Assembly (NCBI GenBank): GCA_028023455.1
Contig: JAQFVV010000001.1
Location: 16,492,001-16,556,000 of the forward strand
Length of the DNA: 64,000 nucleotides
Source: Epiperipatus broadwayi
Taxonomy: Eukaryota > Animalia > Onychophora
Direction of reading: 5' to 3'
Position numbers and translations under genes: made by a program. This document shows positions 1 through 13,455 of the stretch, piece after piece; positions within the stretch are counted from its first letter, which is position 1; every line of letters starts with the position of its first letter. A model generated the notes under the pieces. That model saw nothing but the letters and a program-made list of their open reading frames with translations, did no database searches and was not told the origin of the DNA.

Positions 1-458
1 TAACAATTAAGAATAGTTTCACTTTTATTTGCTTTGCAGATAGACTTTGATAGACACTATAGGATTAAATTTAATATACAAAGTAATTGTAAAGTTCATC
101 ACTCTAAAAATATATATGCATATATAAATAATAATATACAGGCATATAATTATTTACTAGTTGAACAATTAATCACTTGTTGCAGCGTATATTACATAAA
201 ATAAAATCCCTGATTTATATCAATCAACCTTCAATGTTTTTAAAAATTTACTGATTACTATCAACTCTAATATGATGAGTATTTTACTTAACAACTGGAG
301 ACTTCTCAGTTGTTCTATAGTCTAGGTCTTAAAGAAAACATACTTTTCAGCTGATAATTAAAAGAGTTCTGGTAATTTGTGTGATTCAAATTATAATTTA
401 ATTCATATTATATATTTGAATGAATAGTCAGTCATTCATAGTTTTCAAATAATATATA

Positions 459-1317
459 CACTTGGGTCTTGTTTTATGCGGTAGATAGGTTCCTCAGAAA
501 ATGCGCACAAAAGAAATCGCACAAAAATAAACGTAACTTACCTTGAAAAATGGGGGATATGTTCCAGTAATTTTCAGAAGTCGCATAAAAGCAAAGCAAC
601 AAGGAAAAATTACTTTAAAATTCGCATTAAAAAAATAAGGAAATAAAGTATGACTAATAAAAAAATTCAAATATTTGAAAAAAATTATTATAAGATAAAC
701 TTTTTTTACTTTTTTTATTAACTACAGTATTTAATTTTACATTTTTTCATACATATTTTAATCATTACCGCTGTTTGACAATATGCGTTCGTTTGTGAAC
801 TAGTAAGAAATCAGATTCATGACATGATGTACAACTAGCGCCACTTTCAGTCTCGCAATCAAAACAAAAAAATTATCATTAGAAAAATTATTTTCAGTTT
901 ATAAAATCAATAAAATCTTTGTTATTTTTTATTTTAAAAATCTAAAAAAATATTTATTTCTGTTAATATCTAACAAAATATGTTTTAAAAGTTAAAAATT
1001 TTTGAATATTTATTGTGATATTTTTATACATACATATAAATCTATTATTATTATTTACTCATTAGTATAAGTAGGTTTTTTACATAGAAGCTAAGATTCT
1101 AAATACAGTCCATCTTCAGGCCATATTCACATTAGCTGCTAATATAACGTTATATTTTTGGAAAAAAAAAAAATTTCAAGTCAAAATAAATTATTAATAA
1201 TTTAAATTTCTTGATATCTAATAAATATAGTGAAATATGAAAGATATTAAGAAGAAACATGAATCGCATAACTTCAAAATCGCATTAAAATAATCTGCAT
1301 AAAACAAGACCTAGGTG
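459..1317. mobile_element. Non-autonomous Tc1/mariner-type MITE, copy 1 (complete)
   Basis: Terminal inverted repeats CACTTGGGTCTTGTTTTATGC ... GCATAAAACAAGACCTAGGTG, flanked by TA on both sides (457-458, 1318-1319). Homologous copies start at 30709 and 34633. Confidence 0.85.
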
Positions 1318-4300
1318 TATTAAAGATTATTTAAAATCTATAGTAAGATTTAAAAAAAAAAAAGTGCATTCTAAGAATGTGTGTTAGAATATTATTCACA
1401 TTCTTATTTAAAATATTGCGTGGTCATTTTGCCTATATGTTATATATATATATTCATAGTATTATTTCCAGGAGCTTCTGTGGAATAAAAATATAATAGC
1501 TCATGTTTCAGTACAATAACAAGTATTTTTCTCAGAGCTGCTTCTTTCTTAAATCATAAGAATGTGTGTGGTGAGATTTAAAATCATTATATTTTCTTTT
1601 GTTATTTTCTCTTCATTCTTAAATTCTATTGGTTGAGAAGTTTTAAAAAATATTTTATCCTCCAATAGTTTTTTCCAAATATTGTTAATTTTTTTTTAAT
1701 TCACACTTTTTATTTAATAATATGAATTCAGTTATCCGTGAGAATATTAGAATATACATATATTATACAATATATATATATGTGGTACAAATGTGTTGGC
1801 ATAGAGTAATATTTAAAAGCTAAAAAAATTAGAAATAGTTCAATAAATACTATTTAATTTTTTTTTATGTAATTCATTTTTTTAGATATGTACAATGAAA
1901 GTTATTTATGTTTGATATCTATTTAATTAGAGTTAAAAGTGGAGGGGAATAGAAATGCATACAGATTCCAAATGCAAATGATTACTATCAGAGTAATATC
2001 CTTCTAATGCTAATTAAAGATGCACCGAAGGAATTTATAAAAAAGAAAAAGAGAACTTAGTATCCAAAATGAAAAAAGAATGCACAAAACTTGCCTTCTA
2101 ATAACAAAAACAAAAGATAAAAAAAATATGGGCACAGAGAAATCTCAAAACTGGTCAAGGGTATAAAATGAAGAAATAACTTCAAGCAGGGTCTTGTCTT
2201 GTTCTTTTGGCTGGTGTTTTCTATGAGTCCTGAATAGAGAAATTGCCTCTATTCAGGACTATCCATGCTGAACCAAGTCATCATGTGGGAGTGGAAACCA
2301 GAGTGTTTGTGGATACCTTTCATCATAAAGAGGTCTCCAAAAAGCTTTCGGGTTTAGCCTTAAAACAGATGAGGAACATGAAAATATCGATGGAAAAAAA
2401 AATCTTAAGTTCAGATAATGAGCATACATGTATGCTACAATAATCTACAATCTACATAAACATGTGGAACTTATTGGTAAGTTATTATTCATACCCTAAC
2501 TTGTGTCTGATTTAATGTTTGCAAACTAAATTTAATTATAAACTTCAACTACGAATTCCAAATACCAATAGAGACATTTTATCCATAGATTGCTTTCTAG
2601 ATGAAACTTAAGAAGAGAATTGAAATAGGTACTATTTAATTATTTGGTTAACATTATTATCTGGATGAGCATGTTTATGTACCTTCCATTTTTATTATCA
2701 TCTAAATATTTTAATTCTTGTTAATAAAATATTTATCAATAATATAACATTTTTATTGTACGTTTTTAATTTTAGTTTATTAGATTTACTATTAAAAAAT
2801 TGTTTTAAGAAATGTATTAATTACCTATGTCAATATGCTTGATTAATAATCAAAGCCAGGGAAAAATTCATATAACAAATTAAAGTAACAAGAAACGTAA
2901 TCCCGGTATTATTTTTAGTTATTTGTTTCGAATTGACGATGCTATGTGCAGGATTTAGTGGCTTAAATAAATAAAATACTGATTCCGCTGGCAATTCAGA
3001 TCAAAATAAAAATATTAGGTGAGTTAATCCGGAAATGTAGTTATGTTTTGTGTAGCTTTCTAATTCCCAGAATGAATAAACACAGATATAACTCAATTAA
3101 CAAATACATTACGAAATTTTTAATGTATAAAGCCTGCTCTTTATGGATTTGATAAGTTTTTGATGTTCAGCTCAAGAGCACTTGTTGATTATCTGATTCT
3201 AGTCTTGAATATATATTATTCCAAATTTATGATGATTAGAAAATTCCTAAATACATTTTTATTTGTATAATGTAAAATATAAATTTAATAAATTTGATTA
3301 GTTATAATATTGAATGGAATGAATACTTCTCCATGAATTATATGTAATGACTGATTTGGTAGCAATTGTCTGAACATAGTCATCATCAAGTAAGCAAAGA
3401 AATATAAAATTATTGCAACAGATTTAGATACTTTTTCAAAATTTTAAATATGCATTCTTGGCAAATGCAGAAAAAAGATAAACTCAAGTTTTACTGATTT
3501 TTAATGTAGGTTTAATGTTTGTCAGGTGATAGAAATTCTACTAAAAATCTAAACAATCAAAATTTTGCTCATCGTCTATCTATAATGCTATAGTCATACT
3601 GTTGATTGGATCTTCTTCAGATATGGCAGAATATATAGTAAGGATTGAAGTATCATAGCTTCTTTGATAAAACCTGATGAGAAGTTATTAGTAAAGATCT
3701 TTCTTTGTATTATGTATGTCATGTTCAATACTGATATCTAAGTCCTTATACAGTATATGTGCATATCATCTTTATGATAAATAAAATAAAACTAGGTCAA
3801 CAGGTATGAGGTGTTAAAAAGAAGTCATACCTTTTTATAATATTTTTCACATTCAGTTTTGATAAAAAATTTTCCTCAGTTAAAATTTAATATATTCTTG
3901 TATTTCCATTTACTATAAATTCCCCGAATATTAATGAATGGAATAAAATGCCCTCATCTGTATAGCTTGTATAAAACAATTGCAAACTTGATTCTTTTAT
4001 AAAAGCTTTATATATTTATGAAAATTTTACATATTTTAAGTCTGATCATATAATTTTATCGTAGTTGCCTGACAACAATTTATTAATTATTATAAATGTG
4101 TTAATTAAAAATAATTTTAATAAGTATATAAAACTTAATTTTCTAATAAATTTATTTTATTTCTATATTTAAACCTCCTGTCAATAATATAATTTTATTA
4201 TCCTAGATTTCATTCTTTGAATTTATCTACTGAAAATTATGTTTAGAAAATTTGAAATCCACGTTTGAATATTTCTCATATACTTATGTTTTTTTTTTTT

Positions 4301-6230
4301 TTCATTTTAGAATAAGAAAAATCCTAATTATAAATTGAGTAGTAATATTTACTGACTTGAGATACTTTAATTGACATAATATTTTTCCTGTCATCATAAT
4401 TGCGTAGATTTCTTTAGTCAGTTTATCTTAATAATTTTAATGCATACATTATACTCTGCCATCTAATTATACAATTTTCATGTTATTAGTTGTGGAAAAA
4501 GCTTTCAATTTACAAATTCTCGTTTTGCAGCCGAGTCTGTGGTAGTTGTTGAAAGTAATTTCTATTGATAGATTAATAGCTGTTTTAAGATATTTTAGAT
4601 CTATAATTCATTATAACAGTTGCTTCTCAATTAAAGAAAAAGCTCAACAAATTTCAATTAAAGAAAATGCTTTGTAAAGTATAAAATTAGTATCTTCATA
4701 TTTCAGTACAGTGTTCATTCTTCTTTAGATGTCATTAGGTTGAGCCTTGTTATAGAGCGGGCCTTGTTAAACTATGACGGATAATTACGGGAGACGATCG
4801 TTAATCATGACAAATGTATCAATTTCCATGGAGTTTCTTTTTTTCTGTTCGAGGCGTGGAAAAAAGATTAATGAGGCATGGAAGAAGTTAGAATAATAGC
4901 AGTAAGGAATAGAAATAGAATTTTATTATTACTTTTTTTATACAGCAAAACCGTAATCCCCTTTCATTCTAATTCATTATATTGGAATATATATATGCGC
5001 TTCAGCTCTGTTGTTAAGAGGTAGATGATTTGCATATGTTAAGATACATTCATAAACTTCACGTCTACGTGTATTTATCCACTTTATTAAAAAAATGTGA
5101 AAAAAAAAATGTTTTTGTAAAACTATCTTCCAATTCTTAATGAATCCAATGATGAGCATTGATCTAATAATTATAATACTACATTAAGAGTTAAAAACTA
5201 TATTCTTATTATTCTTATTTTACCACCTGTAATCATCAATATTGGTATTAATGCTCACTGATGTCACTAATCTGTCCTGATCTATTTCGCCTTCCCACAT
5301 AGTCTCATGTACACATTAAAAAAAAAACAACGATTATAGTGCATGCATATTGACTGAAATTTAAGACAGACAGAGCATTTATTTTAGCGTCTTATTCTAA
5401 TCCATTTACTCGAGTAAACTTACTAGCACATAAATAAACGAACCAACTACAATATATTATTTATAAGATATATATAATTATTTTTAATGCAATAAATCTT
5501 AAAACAATTTTTTATAATGAATATGAAAAATATATAATTAAAATAAGTATAAATTGTTAAGTTGATCGCATGCTTATTTAATCAATGATTATCATTTATG
5601 ATTTTTGCAATAAAAATTGTTTGATTTTTTTAAAATTCAAGACATTTATATTTATGAGCTATTCTACATAAAAATAATTAAAAACGATTTTAAAATATTA
5701 AATGGAAAATTGTGTATTATTTAATTTACTAATATATCTTAATGTTGAGAAGGCTTGTTTTTAAGTTTGGATTTAGCATTAAATACTAAGATAAATAGAA
5801 AATACATCTTTTAAAAAGTTTTTGCAGGACAAAGCCTTCTCTTGCAACTCCCTCACATTAATATAATGAAAAAGAAGGCATTAACCATCAGACTTGCCAT
5901 TTTCTGGATGATGAAAATTTTTCATTCGTTTTACTCTAGCTAAGAATAATGGATAGCATTTTGCTCAGCAATACTGGATGATTCAACTGGGCTGACTGGA
6001 TTGATTGGGAAAAAAAAATCAGTCTGATTTAAAATATGCAAAAAAATATTTTTTACAGACTTGATTTGAAACCAAATTACGATCCTGACAGGCACACCTG
6101 TTATTAGTACACTTTGAGGTCCTTCTAAAATGTTAAGATGCTTTTTAAGATAATGGGCAACATACAATCTTATCTTTGCCCTGGAATTCATTACCAAAGA
6201 GTTAACATTTTATATATCTAAAATTAAAAC

Positions 6231-6435
6231 AGGCAAAACTCTCCATACAGTAATGCCATTCAGGGCAAGCCAAAGTAATCAATGGATGCCAGAAGGTTTG
6301 TGCATAAAATCCCTATCTAGTGCCTATTTATCCAGTATCCCCAGACTAGTTTCTGGCTTGTGGCCTTCATCAGTGAGGAGCCTTGGTTCTGAGAGCACTG
6401 CACCTAGATCTTAAGATCTAATACAACCCTCCAGC
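6231..6435 (-). repeat. Hammerhead-bearing dispersed repeat, family R copy 1 (Penelope pseudo-LTR or retrozyme-like)
   Basis: About 195 bp alignable by eye to 16702-16897. Its 3' end also aligns to 38709-38765. Contains the hammerhead motif at 6338-6379. Confidence 0.8.
6338..6379 (-). ncRNA. Type I hammerhead ribozyme motif (family R)
   Basis: Minus strand reads TCCTCA-CTGATGA-A-GGC-CACAA-GCC-A-GAAAC-TA-GTC/TGGGGA. Stem I is TCCTCA:TGGGGA, the core is CUGAUGA...GAAA, stem III is the palindrome ACTAGT, and the cleavage triplet is GUC. An extra A flanks each side of stem II. Confidence 0.75.
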
Positions 6436-6439
6436 TCTA

Positions 6440-7800
6440 GGGAATTCATTGGTGGGTTCATTACATGGTTACCAGTGTTAGCTTGATAAGATTTGGGCAT
6501 ATTCCTTCCAAGCTGAAATTGTGGATGCAATCTTCAGCTTTAGTTGTTATATGGGGAAGGAGAGTCAATTCTTCATAAGGGTTATTTACTTTCTGGGGAT
6601 TTTTAAGGGCTATCTCCAGATGATTTTGACTACAATCACACTCCTTATTCTTCTGGGTCCTTGCTTCAATTTCGGATTGCCATGCTCCATTGGTTGGTGT
6701 TTTTGGGCATAACTGGAACTCTATCTTTGAGAATCTTTGATTGATGACTTTTATCATATCAACCCAACACCCTGTCTCTGTCATGTTCTCTAAGTTTTTC
6801 CAGAGCAGTCTTGTGTATAATTGCATCAGTTTCAACTGAGGTTAACTTGTTCCCAAGTTGATTTAGGTGATGGTTTAGGATTTCCACCATGTGTTTCTCT
6901 CTGCATTTCGTCTAGTAGAGATGTGGTCCAATTTCATATGGATGACCTGTAGTTTAGGATTTCCACAGCTCCATCATGTTTCTCTCTCTGCATTTTGTCT
7001 AGTAGAGATGTGGTCCAATTTTGTATGGATGACCTGTAGTTCCTTCTGAACTTCATCCTGGTGCATCCCTTGGCTTTCACACTTTCTTCCCTTAAAGTTT
7101 CATGGGTTTGACATACCTCTTTTATTTAGGGTCTAGATGTCAGGTAATGCTATCCCTAAATTCTGAGAATCACTTCTGACATTGTATATCACTTTCATCC
7201 CTTGCTTTAGTTCTGTATTACATTTTTGCATATTTTCTAGTTTTAAAGACTATCATTCTATATTCTCAGACAGTTTATTTTCAATATCTTTAATTTTTGT
7301 CTTCCATTTGTGTCTCCACTATGTCTCCTTTCAAATTTTCTCTTAAACAATTCATACTCTCATCCATATTACTATTCATTCTTCTCTCCAAACCATTAAG
7401 TCAGCCTTCATGTTATTCATCTTACTATTCATATTATTCATCTTTACAGCCATCAGCACAACCTTTGGAGTATTTGCTTCATCTTTCGTCATCTCTCCCA
7501 TAGCCTGTGCTACTTCACCTCTGGGTGCTTGAGTTGTTTCATTGGTAGAGGTCTTGAATTTGAGAGGCTATCAGTCTCTCTTCCCACTCCTGTGGAGTGT
7601 TTGGTTCCAGTCATAGATGTCTTAGGTATCTGCCTATATAAAGATTATTCCTCATTACTGGTAGAATCATCTACTATTTCATTATCACAAGCACTTTGTG
7701 GCTCTTCAACATGTTCTATTTCCATATTTAATGTGTTTGCCACTTTCTAAGTAACATAAACTTTTTTATTAACTAATTATAAGATTATTCCTTTCTTTAA
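6440..7800 (-). mobile_element. Highly decayed retroelement-like sequence, class not resolved
   Basis: More GC-rich than the flanks, with broken minus-strand reading frames. These include a knuckle-like (C)WSCGNPK remnant near 6955-6980 and a coiled-coil-like stretch. No diagnostic catalytic motif was recognised. Confidence 0.3.
6874..7039. repeat. Tandem duplication, two units of about 80-87 bp
   Basis: TTTAGGATTTCCAC...GGATGACCTGTAG occurs at 6874-6952 and again at 6953-7039. Confidence 0.85.
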
Positions 7801-10800
7801 AACTATTGATAGTCATATATCATAGGATCCCTTGCTATCTCTTGCCATTCCACATTGATATTTCATTACTTTTAGCATTTGATGTTTTCATTTCTGTATA
7901 TGTGATTTTAATTTTTTTTATTAGCCTGCCTCTTTTATGTGCCTAACTCACCTATCTTAATCAATTTTATTGACTATTTATTTAGTTATGATCTCAATTT
8001 ATCATTTCATACACATCAGTTAACTTGTATCCAATGTTTCATCTGTTCCAATTGGTTATCACACTAGTAAACTCATAAGGTTGTGTACTGTAGAATTTTA
8101 GATGTTACATCCCCCCCAATGTTTTTTGATTAACTAGTCCATTGGTTGAACCTCCTAGAAACTTGTTTATGGGTGTCAAAATATAATCCTCAAGATCCGT
8201 TACTTTGAGCTCCAAAATTGGCCATGCCAAATTGGAACAGACCAGACTTCACACTACCAGAAGAGAGGGAGCGCATCTCACAAAAGTCAGGTCTATGGTC
8301 ATTGGGTAAGATGCAGAGAATGATTTGATGAAATACCTAATCAATGATTGTGTGTTGTCCCAATGGGCTGGCTCTAATTGACAATTATATTCAGACACAA
8401 TTTAGGCTGGTTCATTCAGATCTCATTCCTCTTTCAGGTCCCATTATGCCTCAGAATTCAAACCCAGGGAGAAATTTGCTTTTGATTATCTTCAGGGATG
8501 AATTTTACTTAGGATGATAATTATCTAACCTCTATATAGGTCCTTGATGGCTTTTATTCAATTAATCTTACTATTGAATCATCATATACATAGTGAAAGT
8601 GTGTATGAGTATATATGTATGTATGTAACCAAATAAGTTGAATGATGTATGAATAGTTTTTGATAAACTAGAGACCAAATGAAAAAAAAAACATGTTTTT
8701 ACTCAAAATAACAGCTTTTATTGAGAACAGGTGAAATTCAAAATCTTTTAACAACAATAATAAAAATAATAAATACATTCTGCACATTGAGCATGCAATT
8801 CTACTATATCTTGTTCAAATGTATTAAAATGTTCCAACCCTTCCCACAGTAAAGTTGCATAACCCAACATTCAATATTTACAAAGCAAATTAAATGAGAT
8901 AAAGCAGAAAGATAAATCATGATTAAAGTAAGCATGAAGCTAGCTAACTAATTCATTAAATTACATGAGTATATACATGTAATAGCTTTGTTATCCAGTT
9001 TTAGTTGTAGATAATTATTATTTCATTTTCTTGGCTCCCCTATCTAAGTGATTGATAGTAAAGAATCATTTAAAGGATGGTTAGTCATTCAGACAGAATA
9101 AGAACAAATAATGATTGGTAATCAATAGTAAATAATCAAGCAACTCTTTTGCAAAAAGGGTCTGCAATTAATGTGGAATAATATATAAACATCTTCCATA
9201 TTATCCGACTGTAAATGGTCCAATGTCAAGTCACTACAAGGGAAGCTGGCCTAGATTTTATTTACATAAAAAATAGCTTTGTTCAATTTAGCAACTTTTT
9301 TCCCTTATGGACCATTCATGAAATAGATATGTTAAAATTTCCAAGTGCAATAATAATAGTTTTACAAACGTAAAAAAACTAACATGAAATAAAAATAAAA
9401 GAAAGCTCATATCTCTTTCAATAATCTTGATTAAAATTAGTGATTGTGGTGATAATGTCTCTTATGGATATAGTCTATCACTTCATTTCATCACACTATA
9501 ATGACTTTCCTTGACCACTTGAAACCTTCAGCAATGTGCTCGGAACGATGGGGTCTCTGGCCTTGCAGCTGCTTCTGAATCCATTTAGACAATACAGGTG
9601 GGACATTTGATGTTTCTCTGGACATTGAGGATATCAGCAAATTAAGTAATCAACTCACTTGATTGGCTAGAAGAATAGCACTTTGATCCTATGGTGATTC
9701 TTTTAGCAGAAATGCATCATTTAATAACTTATATATAAACATTAATTTCCATCAGCTCGTTATTGAGATTTAGTGAATAAAGCAAAGAACACTCTTATCT
9801 CATAACTTATATATATATATGTCAATGATGTGTTATTTCTTTTTTTTTTTGGGATAATGACGCAGTCTTATTTTTGACTATTAATTCAAAATAAAATAAT
9901 TTGATTCCTTCATTAATTACTAGAAATAAGAAATCCTTTCTATTTCAGAATTGATTTACAAGTTCATCTTAATTTTTAGCGAAGTAAAAATTATATGATT
10001 CAAATTAAATCTTCAAATAAATCGTCCATTTTTTATGTTCTATCTTGTTATATTAATCGAGCATAGTTATGTTTGTTTTTATACTAATATTAACTTTCGT
10101 TGTCTAGCGCACAAGTTTTTTGATTTCCTTTTTTTTTAAAAAAAAGGCAGTGTGTCAATTATTACATATACCTCCTGGTCGTACGTAAAACTAAAATTAC
10201 GTAGCAAGATTCTATTGTAAAATTATGTAATGAAATTTTATTCATTCTTTTCTCTTCTTTTTTTTAATTATTATTGTTACTATTACTACTACTACTACTG
10301 TTATTATTATTATTTCTATTTCTAAACACTTGGTTATTGACATATTAACTTGACATGGGTTATTGCTATGTTTACTGAGTTAAAGTCATAAGTCGTGACA
10401 TTCTTATACATTGGTAAAATCTTATTGTTAGTCTAAGTTTGCACATATATATTGCCAAATGGTTTTTTCTTTTCTATTTCTTTATAATTAATAAACTAGT
10501 TCATTGTGACATTATCTAAAGTTTAAATAAACAACTCTTGTCGCACGTGTGAGTATATGTGCACGGTTATTTTATAAGACATTTAATAATGTGTATTTAC
10601 ACATTTTACTGCCTAGCTTATGTTCATATGGTTTTAATTTGTTGCTGTGAATATTTATAGGCTAATCTAGATAATATTGTGGGTCATCCTTACAACAGTT
10701 TAGTATACATATTGCAACAAAAAATATTGAAACAATATACTGATGTAAATAAAAGAAAACAAACAATTATTATCTGTGTTTAAAGTTTCTATTTATCTAG

Positions 10801-11199
10801 ATTTGAAGCAATAAATAAAATATTTTTTTTTATCTCTTAATCAGATTTAAATGATGTAAAAAAATAAATAAAATTATACTCAAAGTTAATTTTATACAAT
10901 AATATTTATTATTAAACTAATAACTAACAAAAAGCTTTAAATAGCTAAACAATACAATTTGTAGCAGTTTTTTTTTTGGTTTTTGGAATTAATTTACAAA
11001 TTTTTCTTGTATATTACATTTACTATTATAGTTTCTTAAATATACCCAAGAATAATTCACAACCATTGGAGTAATAATTAATTTAGTTAATATGTTAGTA
11101 ATAATTGTTGAATAAATGAGACAATGTTTATTAGTCCTTCATTCAGACCTTTTTTTTAATGAAATACTTATTTATCTTTTTTTTTGTATTTGCAACTTT

Positions 11200-11305
11200 T
11201 TTTTCTTCTCATGTGTCATAGCATCAGCTGGGAAGTGAACCCACTAATCTGAGACATCTGCTTGTAAAGCAGCTGTCACTAACCTCTCAACCACCAATTC
11301 TTGAC
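11200..11305 (-). mobile_element. tRNA-Gly-derived SINE or retroposed tRNA-like copy with a 13-bp target-site duplication
   Basis: Minus strand GAATTGGTGGTTGAGAGGTTAG...GGGTTCACTTCCCAGCTGATGC resembles tRNA-Gly (GCATCGGTGGTTCAGTGGTAG...GGTTCGATTCCCGGCCGATGCA) with CpG decay. It is followed by TATGACACATGAG and an A-rich tail. The direct repeat TATTTGCAACTTT lies at 11187-11199 and 11306-11318. Confidence 0.75.
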
Positions 11306-11827
11306 TATTTGCAACTTTGTTAAATAAATTCAAATTTATTGCATAATTTCAAAATTAAATAATTTTTTCATCAAAACAATGATAAAAACACAATTAGCAT
11401 AGCATATAAATAATTGTGCAGTCCTAGAAACATCCATAATAAGAGCTAATATCAAATTTTAGTAATTCTTCCTTATACTTAATTTTAATACAGGTAGTTG
11501 AAATTCACTTTCTAAAATTTGTCTTTTTACATGATAAATAATATTTGATTTATATACAAAAGTTTCTCTCATTTCATCTCATTTTAATTTTACATTTTCA
11601 ATATATGAAATTCACTGACATCCTTCTTTTTAATGTTCCATAAGAACATTTTTTGTTTAAAAAAAAGAAAAATATTAAATTGATGGGTTTTATTTTGACA
11701 ATATAATCTATTGTAGAAAGTAAGAATTTCTTTATAACTTTCCATATTAAATTAAGTTCATTATCATATATTATAACACAGCAAATATACAATCGCTTTT
11801 TCTTTTAAAATATATATGTTCCACAAA

Positions 11828-12680
11828 AACATCAGCAAATTAAAAATCTTTCTCCTTTTTCATTTCAAAAACTTTATTTTCTTATATCACCACTGAACAT
11901 ATTTATATAATACAAAACTCCAACATTTCAACTGTCTTTAACATCATACAGTCATTGTCAAGGATCTGCAACAACAATGAAATACATATTTATAAATAAA
12001 CTTCAATTACATAAATACCTTCATCTTACAATAACATAAACATTAACAAACATATTAAACATACATAATTATATTTTACTTACATCTCTCTCCCACTGCT
12101 ATTTTTTATTACACTTTCTTTTACATTAGTTAATTATAAATCTGTTCTTAAAATCATCCAAGAAACTTTTTATACAATTTTTTTTTGTATAAAAAGGGGG
12201 GGGGGTATATTTGTTTTATATTCATTTAAAGCTATAGTTTAGGAATGTAGTTTTTGAGATGGGTTTTAGATAAGATTTAAAAAGGGGGAGAGGTTATTTG
12301 AAATTAGGGTTGGTTTTAAAATTTGTATAAAAAGTTTCTTGGATGATTTTAAGAACAGATTTATAATTAAATAATGTAAAATAAAGTGTAATAAAAAATA
12401 GCAGTGGGAGAGAGATGTAAGTAAAATATAATTATGTATGTTTAATATGTTTGTTAATGTTTATGTTATTGTAAGATGAAGGTATTTATGTAATTGAAGT
12501 TTATTTATAAATATGTATTTCATTGTTGTTGCAGATCCTTGACAATGACTGTATGATGTTAAAGACAGTTGAAACGTTGGGGTTTTGTATTATATAAATA
12601 TATATTTATGTTCAGTGGTGATATGAGATAATAAAGTTTTTGAAAAGAAAAAGGATAAGGATTTTTAATTTGCTGATGTT
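11828..12680. repeat. Long near-perfect inverted repeat (fold-back), arms about 350 bp
   Basis: 11828-12180 is the reverse complement of 12318-12680 with only scattered differences. The spacer is about 140 bp. Confidence 0.95.
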
Positions 12681-12944
12681 AAGTTCATTATGTGAAAAAC
12701 ATGTAATAAAATCCCTGTCTCTTTTATTTAGATATAGTATTAACCGCAACTGAGTCCTCTGAAGAGACATATCATAATTATTTGAGTCCATGAAAGATTA
12801 CACGATACAAGATTATGTGACCATGTTACATATATAAATAAATACTAAGGATCATAGAATCATCTTGATTTAGTGCTAAACTATATGACTAGTGGTGCCC
12901 TTATACCGGCTACCATAATATGGGTAATATTGGTAATTTTGTGG

Positions 12945-13455
12945 CTCTAATGGCATAGTGACTGAGAGATTCCTGACTCCGAATAAGGAGAAGTCACAGT
13001 GCATCACATCGCAAAGGAAAGTAATTTACTCTCTGAGGCTCAAACAGGATCATAAGCAATGATGGAATATACACATAAATGGAGAAATGAAGGTGATTTA
13101 TTCTGCATGTAATGAAGGCATGGAAAATATTAGGTATCTGCTTACAAGCAGAAAGGGTACAAATAATGAAATTGTGGGAGAATATATATAAACAAAGTGA
13201 TTATACAGAAAGTGGGTTTTTGGTTTTTATGCTGGGTTTGGAAATAGATGAGAGGGATTTAGACATAAAGGTCATAGAGTGGACAAAGATAATGTTGTGG
13301 AAATGGGATGGAGCAGAATAGAAAAGAATGTGTGAAAAACTTAGGGTGGTGAATGGAAAAGGAAGATAGGGTGGCTAAAAGGTCTCTCTAGGCATAGTGG
13401 CTGAGAGATTCCTAATTCAGAGAAAAGAGAAGCCATAGTGCATCACATCACATCA
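12945..13455 (+). mobile_element. RTE-like LINE 3'-end remnants (two adjacent 3' ends)
   Basis: ORF 13112-13321 (ILGICLQAERV...IKVIEW...GAE) resembles the decayed RTE ORF2 C-terminus. The 3' segment GGCATAGTG(A/G)CTGAGAGATTCCT...GTGCATCACATC occurs at about 12945-13010 and 13384-13455, ending in short CACAT repeats. A reverse copy lies at 52636-52884. Confidence 0.6.

Noticed and set aside
2243-2477. 66-aa ORF followed by a gtaagt donor-like site
   Set aside because: No recognisable homology and no partner exon were found.
12759-12796. Hammerhead-like CTGAAGA-GAC...GTC-cat-GAAAG
   Set aside because: There are three extra bases before GAAA, no convincing stem I or III, and no second copy.
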